Made by a program: the position numbers and the translations under genes | Assembly: GCA_008632985.1 (NCBI GenBank) | Contig: QPGO01000015.1 | Location: 373,998-437,997, forward strand | Source: Psammoneis japonica | Lineage: Eukaryota | Length of the DNA stretch: 64,000 nt | Direction: 5' to 3' | Notes under the pieces: generated by a model | The model's database searches: none | Told to the model about the DNA's origin: nothing | Seen by the model: the letters and a program-made list of their open reading frames with translations, nothing else | Shown: piece after piece, positions 24,253-36,870 of the stretch | Layout of the letters: each line of letters opens with the position of its first letter | Position numbering within the stretch: the first letter of the stretch is position 1

Positions 24253-26796
24253 TCACATAAGAACACAAGATGCGCATGTACAGTCATTCCCTTGTGCTTC
24301 TTCCTCGGCAGAGGGCTCCGTCACATCTAACCCGCGCTGGGCATCAGTTCCCGCAGCAATAGTTCTCTCCGCAACATCAACACCTGGGGGGTTGTAGCCA
24401 CCTTCAACAGTGCCATCCTTTTTGAAGACAATAGTCTTCGTCTCAACCTTTTCTAGTCGATAGCCTCTCATAGCGATCACCTCATTACTACTTGATTCAT
24501 CAGAAACTCGGTGCCATCCAGAGTTCTTCACGACCAAATCCTTGATCAATCCAGTAGCTCCATCTTCGCCTTTAATCACCAGTGCACCATCCAGATCGAG
24601 GCTCTCGATTATGATCCCTGATCCCTGTACAACCAGGCTTGAACGAGCTGATATCTTGACGGCAGATGGGTTTGTGAATTTCTTCTTATACTCTGCGGGA
24701 AAGGCACAGAAGTCCGCGTTCAACACAATGGCAGGACCGAGTACCGCCGTGATACCGCTGTACGTTTCTTCTTTGGCATCTTCAATTTTACATCCGATGG
24801 AACGCATAATGTTTCGAACAGAGCAATATTGATCGGCTTCTCCACTCATTGCTGTGCCCGGGGCTGTCCCTTTCTCCTGGAGAGCTACACCGTCGGAGGT
24901 GGCATTCTTCACCGGAGAAAAGCAAAGATTTGCGGGGATGCTGGTAAAGCCCACTTTTTTAGACATCTCTCCTGTGAGAACCGTCGGGAAGTCCTACGAT
25001 CACAAAGCGACGGCAAGTCAATCAAACGTAATCAATCACTGCAGTCTCAGACATTCTGCACAAGACCTACCTGCATCATGCATTCCAGACGCGTCGGCTT
25101 CTTAAAGACAGTCTTCGCCACATCCTTATATTTCGGATTAACAAATTCCGGCATGACTCCCTTGGTACGTTCTAGAGTATCCGCGTATGGCTTTAACTTG
25201 AACAAAAGTTGGTTGATATTACCAGGAAAAGGAGAAAAACCCGATTCATCGTTTACATCTCCGTCCGGATAACCTGACGATCGTAGAAGAGGGTCTAGCT
25301 GATTGTACTCCACGTTCAGCGTCCTATTCAAACACAGAAAAAAACGAGTGAGTTGAGAAAGGCTCCAGACTGTAAGGCGGGAGTGCTCTGGGCTAGCCAA
25401 AATCGTCGCTGCTCTGGAAGTTTGATTCTCGAATCATTGGTGGTCGTGCCACTCTCTCATATGTCTCTATCTACTTTTTGGTGTTTGGTATATCATCATT
25501 GCAACGGTGAACAATCAACATATGCTACATTCTGCCTGCTCATACGTACCTTGTTTCCTGGGTTTTCTCATTTTCGAGCTTGGCGATGCCACCAATTGCC
25601 TGCTTTGCTTTCCGCGGCACGGCCACTGAGTTCATGACAAGGTCAAGCTTTTTTGAAACGCCAATGGCCAGTGGAAGAGTGTGAAACGCAAGTCCATTTG
25701 TGTCCTGGAAGAAAATCATCCACTGGATTCCGTTCTTCAACCACGTCTTTGCTACTTGGTGTGAATGCAACAATGAGTGGATATCTCCATGACCATGAGG
25801 TTTAGCCAACAGTTTGTATCGCGAAGTGGGATCAAGCGCAAGTCTGGCGTCATTATCTTCCAATGCTGGCACACCTTCTCCCTGAATCACAATGGTTACT
25901 TGACTCTTGTCCATTCCAAAATAGTTGTTTTCGGAGAGTAACTTGACCGTTCCGGCGTTCGTGTCACCTGATGTCATGATGCATAGCGGCAACCTGGCTC
26001 CTTTAGCGGCGTACCTATTTTGCAACGCCAAGATGTACTCGATATAGAACTGAAGATACAAAGTCTCTGTTGCCATTTCAGTCGGCAGTCCAATCTTGAT
26101 ATCACTATACCCGAGACGCTCTCCCAGTCCACCCGCTACAAGAACAAACCCGACACTTCCTAGATCTTTCATGCCCAGACTCTCCACAGCGTCGAATTCC
26201 TTGGACCCTAGCACAAAGGTTTGTCCGGAAGGAACACTAGGTTTCCATCCATCCAATGGATTAACGCCCATTTTACTTTTCTCGAGCAAGTCCCTCGCAT
26301 TCTGAATGTATCCTGCGAGTCCTCCTGCAGTGTAAGCCTGATCCATAGATTCGAGCTGTTCGACAAATTTTCGTTTGAGATTGTTGCTAGCTTCAGCAGA
26401 TGGACTGGATGTAGCTGATGGTTTGGACCAGTGCTCGAACAAATGAGTTTGGTTCAGGTCCGGAGAACACAACGATTTTACCAACTGTTGTTGTGACGGC
26501 GTAAAGAGCGAGAGAGACGCCTCCAAACCTGCCGGTAGGCCTGCCTTCTTCTCAGTCTCATTCTCCTGACTTTTGTCTAAATTTTTTGTCGGTTGCTTCT
26601 CAGTAGCTTCCTTTACAACAGAAGCAGGCTTTTCAGAGTATGGCACGGAAGGAACAACATCATTTTGATTCAAATTATGATGCGGCGCACTGTCGGCAGC
26701 GACGCCTTCTGCGTGCGGCTTTTTCGTTTTCGCTTTTCCTGCACCCGGACGCCCCTTTCCCGCTCGGGATTTTCCCTTCTTACTCTTCTTGCCCAT
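24253..26796 (-). CDS. USP: UDP-sugar pyrophosphorylase; exons 26796-25550, 25323-25071, 24993-24253
   Basis: FVLVAGGLGERLG, KPHGHGDIH, FFQDTNGL, NVEYNQLDPLL, FPGNINQL, EFVNPKYKD, RLECMMQ|DFP. GT-AG introns keep the frame. Confidence 0.93.
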
Positions 26797-27244
26797 GACG
26801 TTGTTAACAGGAACGTCTCACGACAAGATAGAAGCTTCCACTTGACTGTTTATTGCAGCACACAACACAATTACAAGCCTCACACAACACATACCATTGC
26901 GTGTTGCGTGTTGCGTGCCACCACCTCACAAAACTCAAGATCGCACGCCAGATCCGAGGCGAAACAACGGAAATTATATTCGATATTTAGAAATCAATAC
27001 AATCATACTGAATATTAACCGCTGTCGTAACAGCGACAGACGCTACGTAGAACCACGTATCCATCGTACATTCGTAACGGTCAAAAATTGACACGCCGGC
27101 GCGCGCCGACGCGCAAACATCAAAAGAGCACAGCCACAGCAAAAAGTTCTCATTCTCATGGCGATGGGCGATGGGCGATGGCACTTACTTACACGTCGTT
27201 ATTTCCACCGTCCACACCGCCACAAGAACTCGAGCCAAGTCATA

Positions 27245-29677
27245 ATGAGACGAAAGTCTAAAAGAAGTGCTTCAAAGATTATCACGCTTCTGTCGTGTAA
27301 GTTTCTGATTAGAAGTTCAAGTTCGTTCGTATCACGAAGTACACGTGGTAGTTTTGTCCGTCACTCTTCGTCACACCGTACAAAACAAAGCTTGTTCGCT
27401 GTAAAAAATGATGGAGAAGATGGAAAAGAAGATATGGATTTCTCCTCTTGGACTCGAGCGCTACAAAGCTGGCCTCTGTATCCGACCAAGACACCTGAGT
27501 CGCAGCAAGAGCAAGAGTCGTCATCGAAGCCTATGGAAGTGCAGAACCCAAATAGCGTTCCTCTGGCGAATCTAATCAATGTGGAGGCTCTATTAATGGC
27601 GAGTGGGGCAGAAACAATCGACAACTTTGATGATATTGAGCAATTTGAGTTTGGAAACAACAGAGTAGTGGCTGTGAAGAGCCAGAGCGCGACTACCAGA
27701 CCAGAAAATACCTCTACGCCGCTTTCGATCCTGCCGTCTTTTCAGGAACTCGGTAATTGGGATAGACTTGCGGAAACCCTGCAGCGATCCATTTCAGAGT
27801 TGAAAGTCCCTAACGCAATTGTCACGGAAACAATGCTCAAAGAAGCCACTGCATTGATTGAGGACTTTGTCTCGGAAGCATCCTTGGCTGTTTCTCCAAG
27901 TACGGTCCAAGATTTGATCACGAGAGCTAGCCAGACCTTGGATTTGGAAGAGAACGCCAACAATTTTGTGCTCACAGCAGAAAAACTTGCTCGTCAACAA
28001 GGCTTAGATGTTAGTGAAGCAGCGGAACGCGCTCGAGAAACTACAAAATACACCACAAACTTGGTGAAAATGGCGAACGGAGTTCTTGTGTCTGGTTACG
28101 TTTCTGGTGATAAAATTGCAAACCAAGATGTCCTCACCGATGCCCGTATCGACACCAGTGACGTCATTTCGCGGCCACTGTTTGACGAATACAAATCTGT
28201 TACCGCGATTCCAAAATCTGAGTATGCTTCTGCGATTGCCAAGGGGGCGGAAATGGGAGATCTGTCTGGTGCCATTTATGAAGACACCGTACCACGCACA
28301 ACCAAGGACCTTGGACACAGTATCGTGGCAAACGGAACAACTTCGGATGTTTCCTGGATGGTGACGGATAGCCTCGCATATGAAGATGAGTTTGTACCGC
28401 CTACCGCGGCTGACGAGAATAAGCGTAAGCCAATCATGGTGCGAACCATTACAATACGTGGGTTCGATGCTTCAGACGAGTCTGTAGATCGCGAGGGACT
28501 ACTCAATACGATATGTACTGCAAGCCCGGCGACTCTCAGTATTGGTACGGGAACGCTGCTGCACTCTGGTCTGTTGTCGATTGCAAGGGATATTTACGAG
28601 GATGTCGAAAGATACATTGACGAGACGGCACCATCACACAGAATCGTATTGAATGGGCATTCCGTGGGCGGATCACTAGCTGTGTTGTTGTTACTTCTTC
28701 TCGCGGAAACGCGAGGAGGTACGTGTCCTATACCTTTTTTTCTTTGTTTCGTCTTCGACGACTGCTGAAACTTTCTTTCTCTTCTCTAAACACAGCTGAG
28801 TATGTCAAAGAGAAAGTTTTGCGTGTTTTCACGTTTGGATCTCCCCCGGTAGTTAAGGCACCAGGCACAATCTCATCCACAGATAACCTCTTCCGGTGCA
28901 GCGTCTTGGAAACTTTTGGGCTGCCGGACTCGATTGTTTATGGTTACGTGCAGCCTTGGGTACGATTAGATTCGTTTTGCGTGGAATTGCTGTTTAGCTC
29001 TTTCTGACGACTGTCTTTCTTAATTCGCTGTAGGACCCAATCATTCGTCTGTTTACAAACGTGGATCCTCTCTATCCGTTGTTGGATGATATTGGCGCCG
29101 ACGGTGTCACCGTGTATGCGTCTGGACCACAGCGAAGCCTTCGACCAATAACGCGTGCAATATTCGAAAGTTGGGAGGGATGGCCGCGGTTCAGAGATAC
29201 CTTTAGGAGCACAGTCGATCAAAACTACACCAGTGTTGGAATTCAGCACCTGCTGCTACCTGATCGTGGACGTTATTTGTCTGACCGCCTGTGTCAGTGA
29301 ACATTGGGGTTCCCCCCGTAGACACTGTTGTACGAATATCCTCGCGCGAACTGTTGCCTGCGCTGAAAGAAATGTTTCCTTTGGACGTCTTCCGAATAAG
29401 CTTTGTTCCTGCTGCAATTCGAAGCTTTGCTCACCACTTCTTCCCAGCATATGGATTTCCTTTTGTTGATTTCGTGAAGAAGAGAAAGCGAGGCTCAGCT
29501 GAATCCGAGGGCTATCCTGGAAAGGTATCACCAAAGAAGAAAAGCGGCGCTGAGACGAATGGTGAATCATTCGCCCGAGATGCCTCCAATGAAAAACGAA
29601 GAGAGGCGGCGGCGGCGAATAGCAAGGACTGGGCCGGAGCTGCAGCGCAATGGATACTTGGAGGGAATGAGATGTAG
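27245..29677 (+). CDS. Class-3 lipase-like alpha/beta hydrolase; exons 27245-28718, 28796-28959, 29034-29677 with a 1-nt frameshift at ~29290
   Basis: ITIRG, LHSGLL, NGHSVGG nucleophile elbow, VFTFGSPP, W|DPIIRL. Confidence 0.85.
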
Positions 29678-29720
29678 GAAACATAAAAAAGATTTAGTTA
29701 TTCATTTTGACAATAAAAAG

Positions 29721-31897
29721 CTAGTGTTCTTCTAGGTCAATCACCAAGAGCCCTTCATCAGCTCCGATATCACCGCCAACAAGATTTCCAGTTTTCGTAT
29801 TTACAATTATGAAGCGTTCGTTGCAACTCATGTAGACTGAATCAAAAGTCGCGAATCCTCCGAGCCCAGCATGGCGGATGCGATTAGCAAAAGTCACTCT
29901 CGGTGGATCTGTAAAATTGTACAGTCCGCTGATTCATCCCCACGATGAATTCGTAGCTTCTTGTCGCAGTTCAACGTGAAATAATCCAAATCTTCCCAAG
30001 AGCTAAGGACGTGGTAAACCAAGATGATCGTCCCGATATGGTCTCGACCAAGAACAATCAGACGACGACCGTCGTAGTGACTTTGTGGCTCTGGCTGCGG
30101 CAAGAGAGGGAGATTGATCAGAGAGACAACTTGAAAGTCGTCATTTTGAAGGCATCCCGGCGTCATCTTCCACAGCAACAGCGTTGTACCCTCTGATGCA
30201 TCATGCTGAACAGAAACGAAACCACAGTCACCAACCGGACAATGAAAAGGTACATGAATCGACTCGACAAGGCGTGATGGATTTATCCGTGGCAGTCTAT
30301 GCTGAGTCGAAGAATGAGAAGCTTGATCTTGGTCGTCAATTTCCATCGTTGACTCATCTGTGGATGACGAAGAATCCAGTCCAACTAGGTGAGATGTGCC
30401 CTGATTGTTATTCTCGTGGAATCGGGAAGAGGCACGGGCCGAAACATCAGAATGCTCCGTTTCAATGACGTGAAGGCTCTTGCGAGAACTAGCCGCTTCT
30501 GCGCTTGACAAAACGTTTTGACGAAGATCAAGTATACTACGGCATCGTGCATGATGTTTGTCGCTTACTTGCCAAACCTCAATGGTTCCCTCTGCAGTTC
30601 CAACCAAAATGTTGCTTCCCGTCGGATCCACTACAATTATCGTCACTGGAGAATGGCAAGTAAAAGAAAATTGTGGCTCGGAGCAATAGACTTGAGAATC
30701 TGTGCCGCTGCGTTTCGCCTTGTCGAATGGCAGAAGCGAGTAGACATAGACTGTCTTTTGGACGGCACGAGAAAAAGGGGAAGCTGTCGCATCCGTGTTT
30801 TGCCTAGATTGCGGCCCATGGTTTGGCGGAAATGAAACGTAGGCTCTGTTGTACCGTGCACACGTGTCCATGCAATGAAATATCCAAGCAAGCCGACACA
30901 CCAGCTGTTCCCTGTAGAGAGAGCAGTGCGTTTCGTCACACGCCATCCTGTTCCATGCCATAATTTCAGTGCAAATAATGTCATTGTCATCAGTCGTTTC
31001 ATCATAATTGCTGAACGATCGTGCAAGGACAATCTGCGTGCCCTTGACGCCGTTAGTTTCCATAATGCTCTTTGCTTCTATTCCAATGTAGTCAGTCACT
31101 ATTTGAACATCATTGTTCTCTTCAAGCACCATATTCTGACTCTGATCTCTTCGAAGTATCTGCCTGATCAAATTATTCAAGAAATCGGGATCAATGTAGT
31201 CTTGCCTCCACTTGTCGAGAAGCACTTGAAAGGGAGGCGAGTGATGCTCAACATGGTGGTTCCCGTCAACGTGATCATCACCCATGGGCGATTCTATGTT
31301 GATCCTCTCTCGCCAGGGGGTAATAGCAGAGTCAGTATCAAGCATGGCGAGATCCATCGTGACGTCGTCGCTCTTGACCGCATTTTCACGACAGTTGCGA
31401 AAGACCGACAGACTCCCATCGAACGGGTTCAAAAGAACAAATTCGCTGCCGACAGAAGCAGACGTCAACATGAATGACTGGCAGTAAAAGTCCACAGGTG
31501 GAGGATCGTCAAGTTCCATGTCATCTTCAGTGGGAGTGATTGGTATGAAAGTAAAGTACCGGTGCGGGAGATTGAAGCAAGACTGAGTTCTTGCTCCTCT
31601 GTTCTTTGCGTGACACATGAGATTGAAAAACAATCGCCTTCGCTTCCGGCACTCCTCAACATAGTCAACTTCTGTGCTTCCGTCTAGATCTACCGGAGAA
31701 AAACGGTGCCGCAAATACATGCCACGCCATTGCTGTTCAAAAGATGCCACGTCGTACTTTTCTCCAGCCTTTCCATTCTCAATGCGCCGACGCAGGGACT
31801 TTGACGCGCAATGGGAAAACCGGACTGCAGACGAAAAGTCCGCATACGACAGCACATGAGCAAGTGTATCGTTGCACAACAGATCGAATGAGGACAT
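29721..31897 (-). CDS. F-box-like / WD40-like protein; 1-nt frameshift at ~29928
   Basis: N-terminal LCNDTLAHVLSY (F-box-like) and VGTAEGTIEVW (WD-like). Protein-like continuation GLYNFT..ANRIRHAGLGG..CNERFIIVNTK..LLVIDL* in the next frame. Confidence 0.7.
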
Positions 31898-32329
31898 GCT
31901 CTTTCCGTTCTCAAAGCTGCTAATGGGCAATGTGATCAGTCAAAAAAGTGTCTCGTCAAAATTCTGGAAATTCCGAGAATTCAAAAAGAATTCTTCGTGA
32001 CGTCATTCTACAGTATGCTTCTTCGGCGGCGCGGCGCAGATCGGAGATGGTCGGTTGCTACTTTTTTTAGCTCGAATTCGGCCGAATAGCTCGTGTTTTG
32101 CGTGGTGAAAACAACAAGCCACAAGTCTGTGACGGAGGTGGTCCGTCTACCAACTCTCATTTATATTTTATGTTTGTTATGTATCAGAGATTGTACACAC
32201 ATGAAAAGTTGGTAGACGGCAAACTCTGCGTTTTTGAGAAATGTCGATGATTGTCATCATCGTCGTGCTTCGGTCGCGGCGCTGATGGCTCTCATTTTCG
32301 TGCGCGATCGGGTGTGACTGTGAATGATT

Positions 32330-35300
32330 CTTGCATTCAAAAATAAACACCACAAAAAACCTCATTCAAAACAAAACCCAAAGTCTAATTTTAAGTGCTG
32401 CTGCGCTTCCACCCTGCAACTCCAGCAACAAGCTGACCCACACTCCCAGCACACTGGGTGCGGCAGGAGCACACAACAATTGGCCAAGATCGGCATCACC
32501 CTCGGGTGATGCTGCGCCGAAGTAGCTTGCGATGGTGCGCGTGCCTCTAACAGCTAGACGCCGGGCCTCTCAGACACTCGACTCAAACATTGGCTTCACC
32601 ACGGCGAGCCAGTTTCGGAGTCTGTGGGTGGAATGGGTGAGATGTTCATCTGCCGAATCAAAAAACTGTGCTCGGTCATGGGCCAAGCACTCGTCTGCCC
32701 TTGAGTAAATTTCTTTAACCTCTGCCTCTGCATCCCGTCATTGCAAAGACTTTCTCATCTCGGAATCGTGCCCATGTGCTGCATCATTGTGGGAGCCCCA
32801 CAATTCCCGCCATTGTGACCACACACAGCTGCCAATCGTTGCCGCCCAGTCTAATCTTTTGTCTTTATCGGACAAGGAACAATGCAAGCCAGAGGACACC
32901 AAGTGTGACGTTTGTGCCTTGTTCCACAAAGAAGCAAAATGCCCACTGAAAATGTGATGCCAACCAATGTCGTCTTGAGATCGAAACACCTCTGTGACGC
33001 TGTGGTGAACGTGAGTAGAACAAAGCAATTCCTCATGGAACCAACCTTCCAAGGCACACAACAACAGGTCTCATGTGGACAGGGACGTGTGCATGTCGTC
33101 GCATTTCTTCCGCAATCCTTGGAGAAACGTGCGCCGCCACGATTCATTGTGAGCACAATGCAGAATGTGGTCCCTGTCTTCAAGGGGGTGTTGGCAATGC
33201 TTGCAGCAGTCGGGGCGTGTGGGATCATGTCTGTGGACAATCTTGTTTGCCGGTGGCAAATCTTGGGCCAATTTCACGGTGCTCACCTTTTGTCAGACAT
33301 TGCAAGACATCAGTTTGGAATGCACTCTCCAATCAATAGATTCGCACACTGAGTCAGACCACCCGCACTTCTCCTTCATACATTGCATCAAGGCGGGGCT
33401 GGAAGCTTCACAACAGAGAACTGATTTAAACTTCAAGTTCACCGATGCCGACCGGACGTTCAGCAATGCAGAGCAATGGGGCATGCGGGGGGCCATCAAG
33501 GCATCTCTAGTGTGTTGACCCTGAAACAAACCTGCCAGTTTGTCAGCTCTGACATTCAATTTTGCTGGAAACGGGAGGGACTCGAATGGAGTGTTGTCAT
33601 CCTGATGGCTTTTAATCCACTTCATGTTGACGACGTTGCTTGCAGAGTGTCCGTCATGTTGGGCCTCCAAACTTGTTAATGAAACAAAGATCTCATGGAT
33701 GACATCCCAGTCCGGTGCCAACGTGTTGGTGACATGGTTCCAAAAATGAAAATCTTGTTGTCGCTGTGAGTCATCTACGTCCAATGGAAGCAGTGGGGAA
33801 GAATGAAAGTTGGCAACGTTGCAGCACCAGAGAGGAATTGTCACAACAGGCAGCCACGCCGTGAGAGAAATGGCTGTTGCAAAATTCCAGCACTCGAATG
33901 AGAAAATGCAGAACTGACAAGAAGCCGCGTGCTTCTGCTCGATGCAAGGACAGTCGGAATCCAAAGACCGGTCCAGCACAATCTACAAGAATCACTCCAT
34001 CAACCACCAGCGTCCAGCCAAAGGTGCAATTAAAATGCAACACGGAACCATCACTTCCCACCTCTGCCCGGAAGCGCCAAAGGGAATCCGCCATTTCAAA
34101 TGCCAACACATGCATGGCAAGGTCACTGAACAGGGCAGACTCCCACAGCGACAGAGACCGCAGCCATTCGCAGAAGTCCCAGAGGACAGGAATTGTTGGA
34201 GGCATCTTCACTGGGGACACAGTGGAGCACACCCGCCATCTACCGTCTAGAGTTGTGTCCACCACAACAGGTGATGCCAAAGGAGATGGGTCCAGAACCG
34301 TTTCTAACTGCTGCAGGGTTTCAGCGCAAGCATCCTTGACTGGAAACACTTGACAACCCGCATCAGATTGGACATGCAAAAACTCTTTGGAGGGCTCATA
34401 GCAGGCAGGGTGAAGCACACGCATCTTGGAGGCAGGGACGGTCCATTGACCTAAAGGGGTTCATAGGATGGAAGCACCTTTGTTGCACAAAAGAGCCACA
34501 GCTTGGCTCCATTGTTTCCAGGTGCGAGGTGACGGGCGTGCCTGTTCGACTGGGTTGAGTGACGACATGCTACTCACAAGGGAAGTTTGCCCTTCCAACT
34601 TGAATTCATCCAAATGTCTGCCGTCAGGAAGAGCAACGTCCGAGACAGCAAGCACTCGTGGGAACAGCCTGCAATGGTTCACCCACCTTGTCTCTTTTTC
34701 AGAGAAAAGCTTGGACTCCAGTGCCGCGTCCACAATGTGTTGATCATTCTCTCGTTGTGCAGGAAGGATGCCAGTGAAATCCAAATCGAATTGTGAGTCA
34801 ATGCGAGCAAGAAAGGATCTCATTGACACAAACCATTTGGACTCGGAGTGTGGGAGTCTAGTGTGCACATCTTTCAGAAAACTGGACCCTGTTCCAAGCT
34901 GGAACTGCATCCATGCAACTGCAATGCGGGACAAGGCATGAGGTTGACCAGTGCCTCGCCAGTGTTGAAGGAACTGCAAACATTGAGCGACACCCTGCTC
35001 CACGTCAAGAGAATGGAATCCTCCACCTCCTGAGGTGTGCGGGCCGTACAAAACGTCCCGCTTGGTGTTTCGGTTGTAACCGCACTTTGCAAATGTAGTT
35101 TGCATGGCCTTTCGTTGAATCTCAAGTGATTCCTTTGGTTGGAAATGGGCACTTGGAAGGACACAAGCAGTGGAGGCCAGGCAGCAAGCAAAGCAGTGAG
35201 TCCATGCCTCGTGACGGTCCAATGGGCACGACATAAGAAACAGAGAAATGTCGTCACTTTTCGGTTTTAGTGCCTTGTGCTGAGTCTTCTGAGTGCCTGC

Positions 35301-36870
35301 AGGAGATTTGTAATGACCCAACGTCTTGTGGGAGGAGCATGCTGAAAGTTGTGTGCTGGATCGTTTGGTGGATCTATCAGCAGAGTGCATTTCGACATCA
35401 ATCTCATCATTGTGCGCCCGAAGGTGTGGCTCGCCATCTTCAGCAAAAAGCCATTCAATGGCGTGAAACGAGCACTTTGGAAGCTCAAGCTTGTGTCCTG
35501 CCACGTCCAGGAGGTCGCACCACAACTGATTGTCTTGCTGCATTCAAGGGACCAGGTCCAGCGCATCTGGTTGGGGATCAGCACAGAAGGCATTGACTTG
35601 ATTTGAAGTGTCATCAACATGCCCTCTGGTGCACATCTGCATTGAGACTTTCTGGTCAGGAGTTTCAAAGCAGGCTCCGTGAGCTTGACCATCAAATGAC
35701 CAAAACAGGCTGTTGCAAATCTGATTCCAACAGAAGGGTGAATTTCCGCTGCCCTGACCAGTGCCGTAAATGGGGAGCTCATCCGAGTGGGAGCAAGATG
35801 ATGATGAGAGGCCAAGAGCTGTCTTCAACCAGCATCTTGTGTCATGCAAAGCAGCGTTTGTCGTCTGTGTTGCTGATTTGGGCATGCCATTGCTGCGGCT
35901 TTCAAGTGCTGTTAAGGCAGGAATGTTGCGATCGCAGCATGAGGCACAATCGCCATCACTGTGAACAGCAGTTTTCCGGGAGACTCCACTGATCTCAAGC
36001 ACAAGTTCCTCGAGGTGCACCGGAGCATGGGCATTCAAAAAGGGGCGTGTCCCGTAGACACCTGGATTGTGCAGATGACGGTGTTCCATGTTCTGTGCCA
36101 AGACTCTCCATTTCACACTGGGTGTCAGTTGGAAATCTGCCTCACAGATGTGGATGACTCGGAGACGATGGATCTTGTTGTCACCCGGCTCTTTGAAAAT
36201 CATTGCATTGACGATGTCCTTCCACCTGTCGAACGAGCATCCCCAATGCAGGGCACAGTTGAGCAAGTTCAAACAGATCCGAATTGGCCGTTGCTGAACT
36301 TTGTTCAAATGCTGACACTCAGGCGTGGGATCACCTTCGGGAGCAGTGGAGTCTGAATGAGAATGAGATGCATGCATTGCTTTCCAGTGTCCCAAATGAA
36401 GGCCTGAGAACACAGAAGTAGATGCAGTTTCCTTCCACACCTTGAGTTTTCCCTTGAGATCAGATTCAGTCAGGAAGTTTGACACAGATGCTGGGGAACG
36501 TCTTTGGAGATGTTGGATGAAGAGAGCAGCAGTGCTGTTGAGAGAGGATGCATCATGCTCTCCATCTAAGACAAGGTCGGCCACAACCGTGTCACCTTCA
36601 CATCCAAGATCCACAGAAAGGGGGGGAACTGCAGGAGGTGTGCCATGTGCTTGACCAAAATGTCTCTGATTCCGAGAACACAATGCTGCAGAAACGTCAA
36701 CTGGGGCATCTGTCGTGATCCAATCTTCGCACTCTTTTGGATTGGCAGCCGGGTTGCAAAACCTTGTTCAAATGCAACGGCAATTTTAGGACAAATGCCG
36801 GGATGACCCCCCTTGAGATGCCGGTGGACAGATGGGGCCTGCGGCAGACCAATGAGAGACAGTGGTCTGT
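32330..36870 (-). mobile_element. Degenerate non-LTR retrotransposon (LINE with RT, RNase H and C-terminal Zn knuckle; possibly Ambal-like), 5'-truncated
   Basis: RNQRHFGQA, SGLHLGHWKA, KEPG..IHRLRVIH, DCASCCDR, YGTGQGSGNSP, GHVDD. RNase H motifs SDGS/HRAEA/CDN/WIKSHQD/NVRADKLA, then EDRDHILHC. Confidence 0.9.

Larger units (their letters stand above)
21186..25147. repeat. Direct tandem duplication: copy 1 21186-23367 (includes a ~390-bp insertion), copy 2 23368-25147
   Basis: 21186-21830 aligns with 23368-24010, and ~22000-22872 plus 23259-23367 aligns with ~24176-25147. Junction acaaatt|tgccactcaagcgcc at ~23368. Confidence 0.95.

Noticed and set aside
21186..25147. Classical fungal RIP
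   Set aside because: RIP is C->T, creates TpA and hits both copies. Here TpA is destroyed and only the inner halves change.
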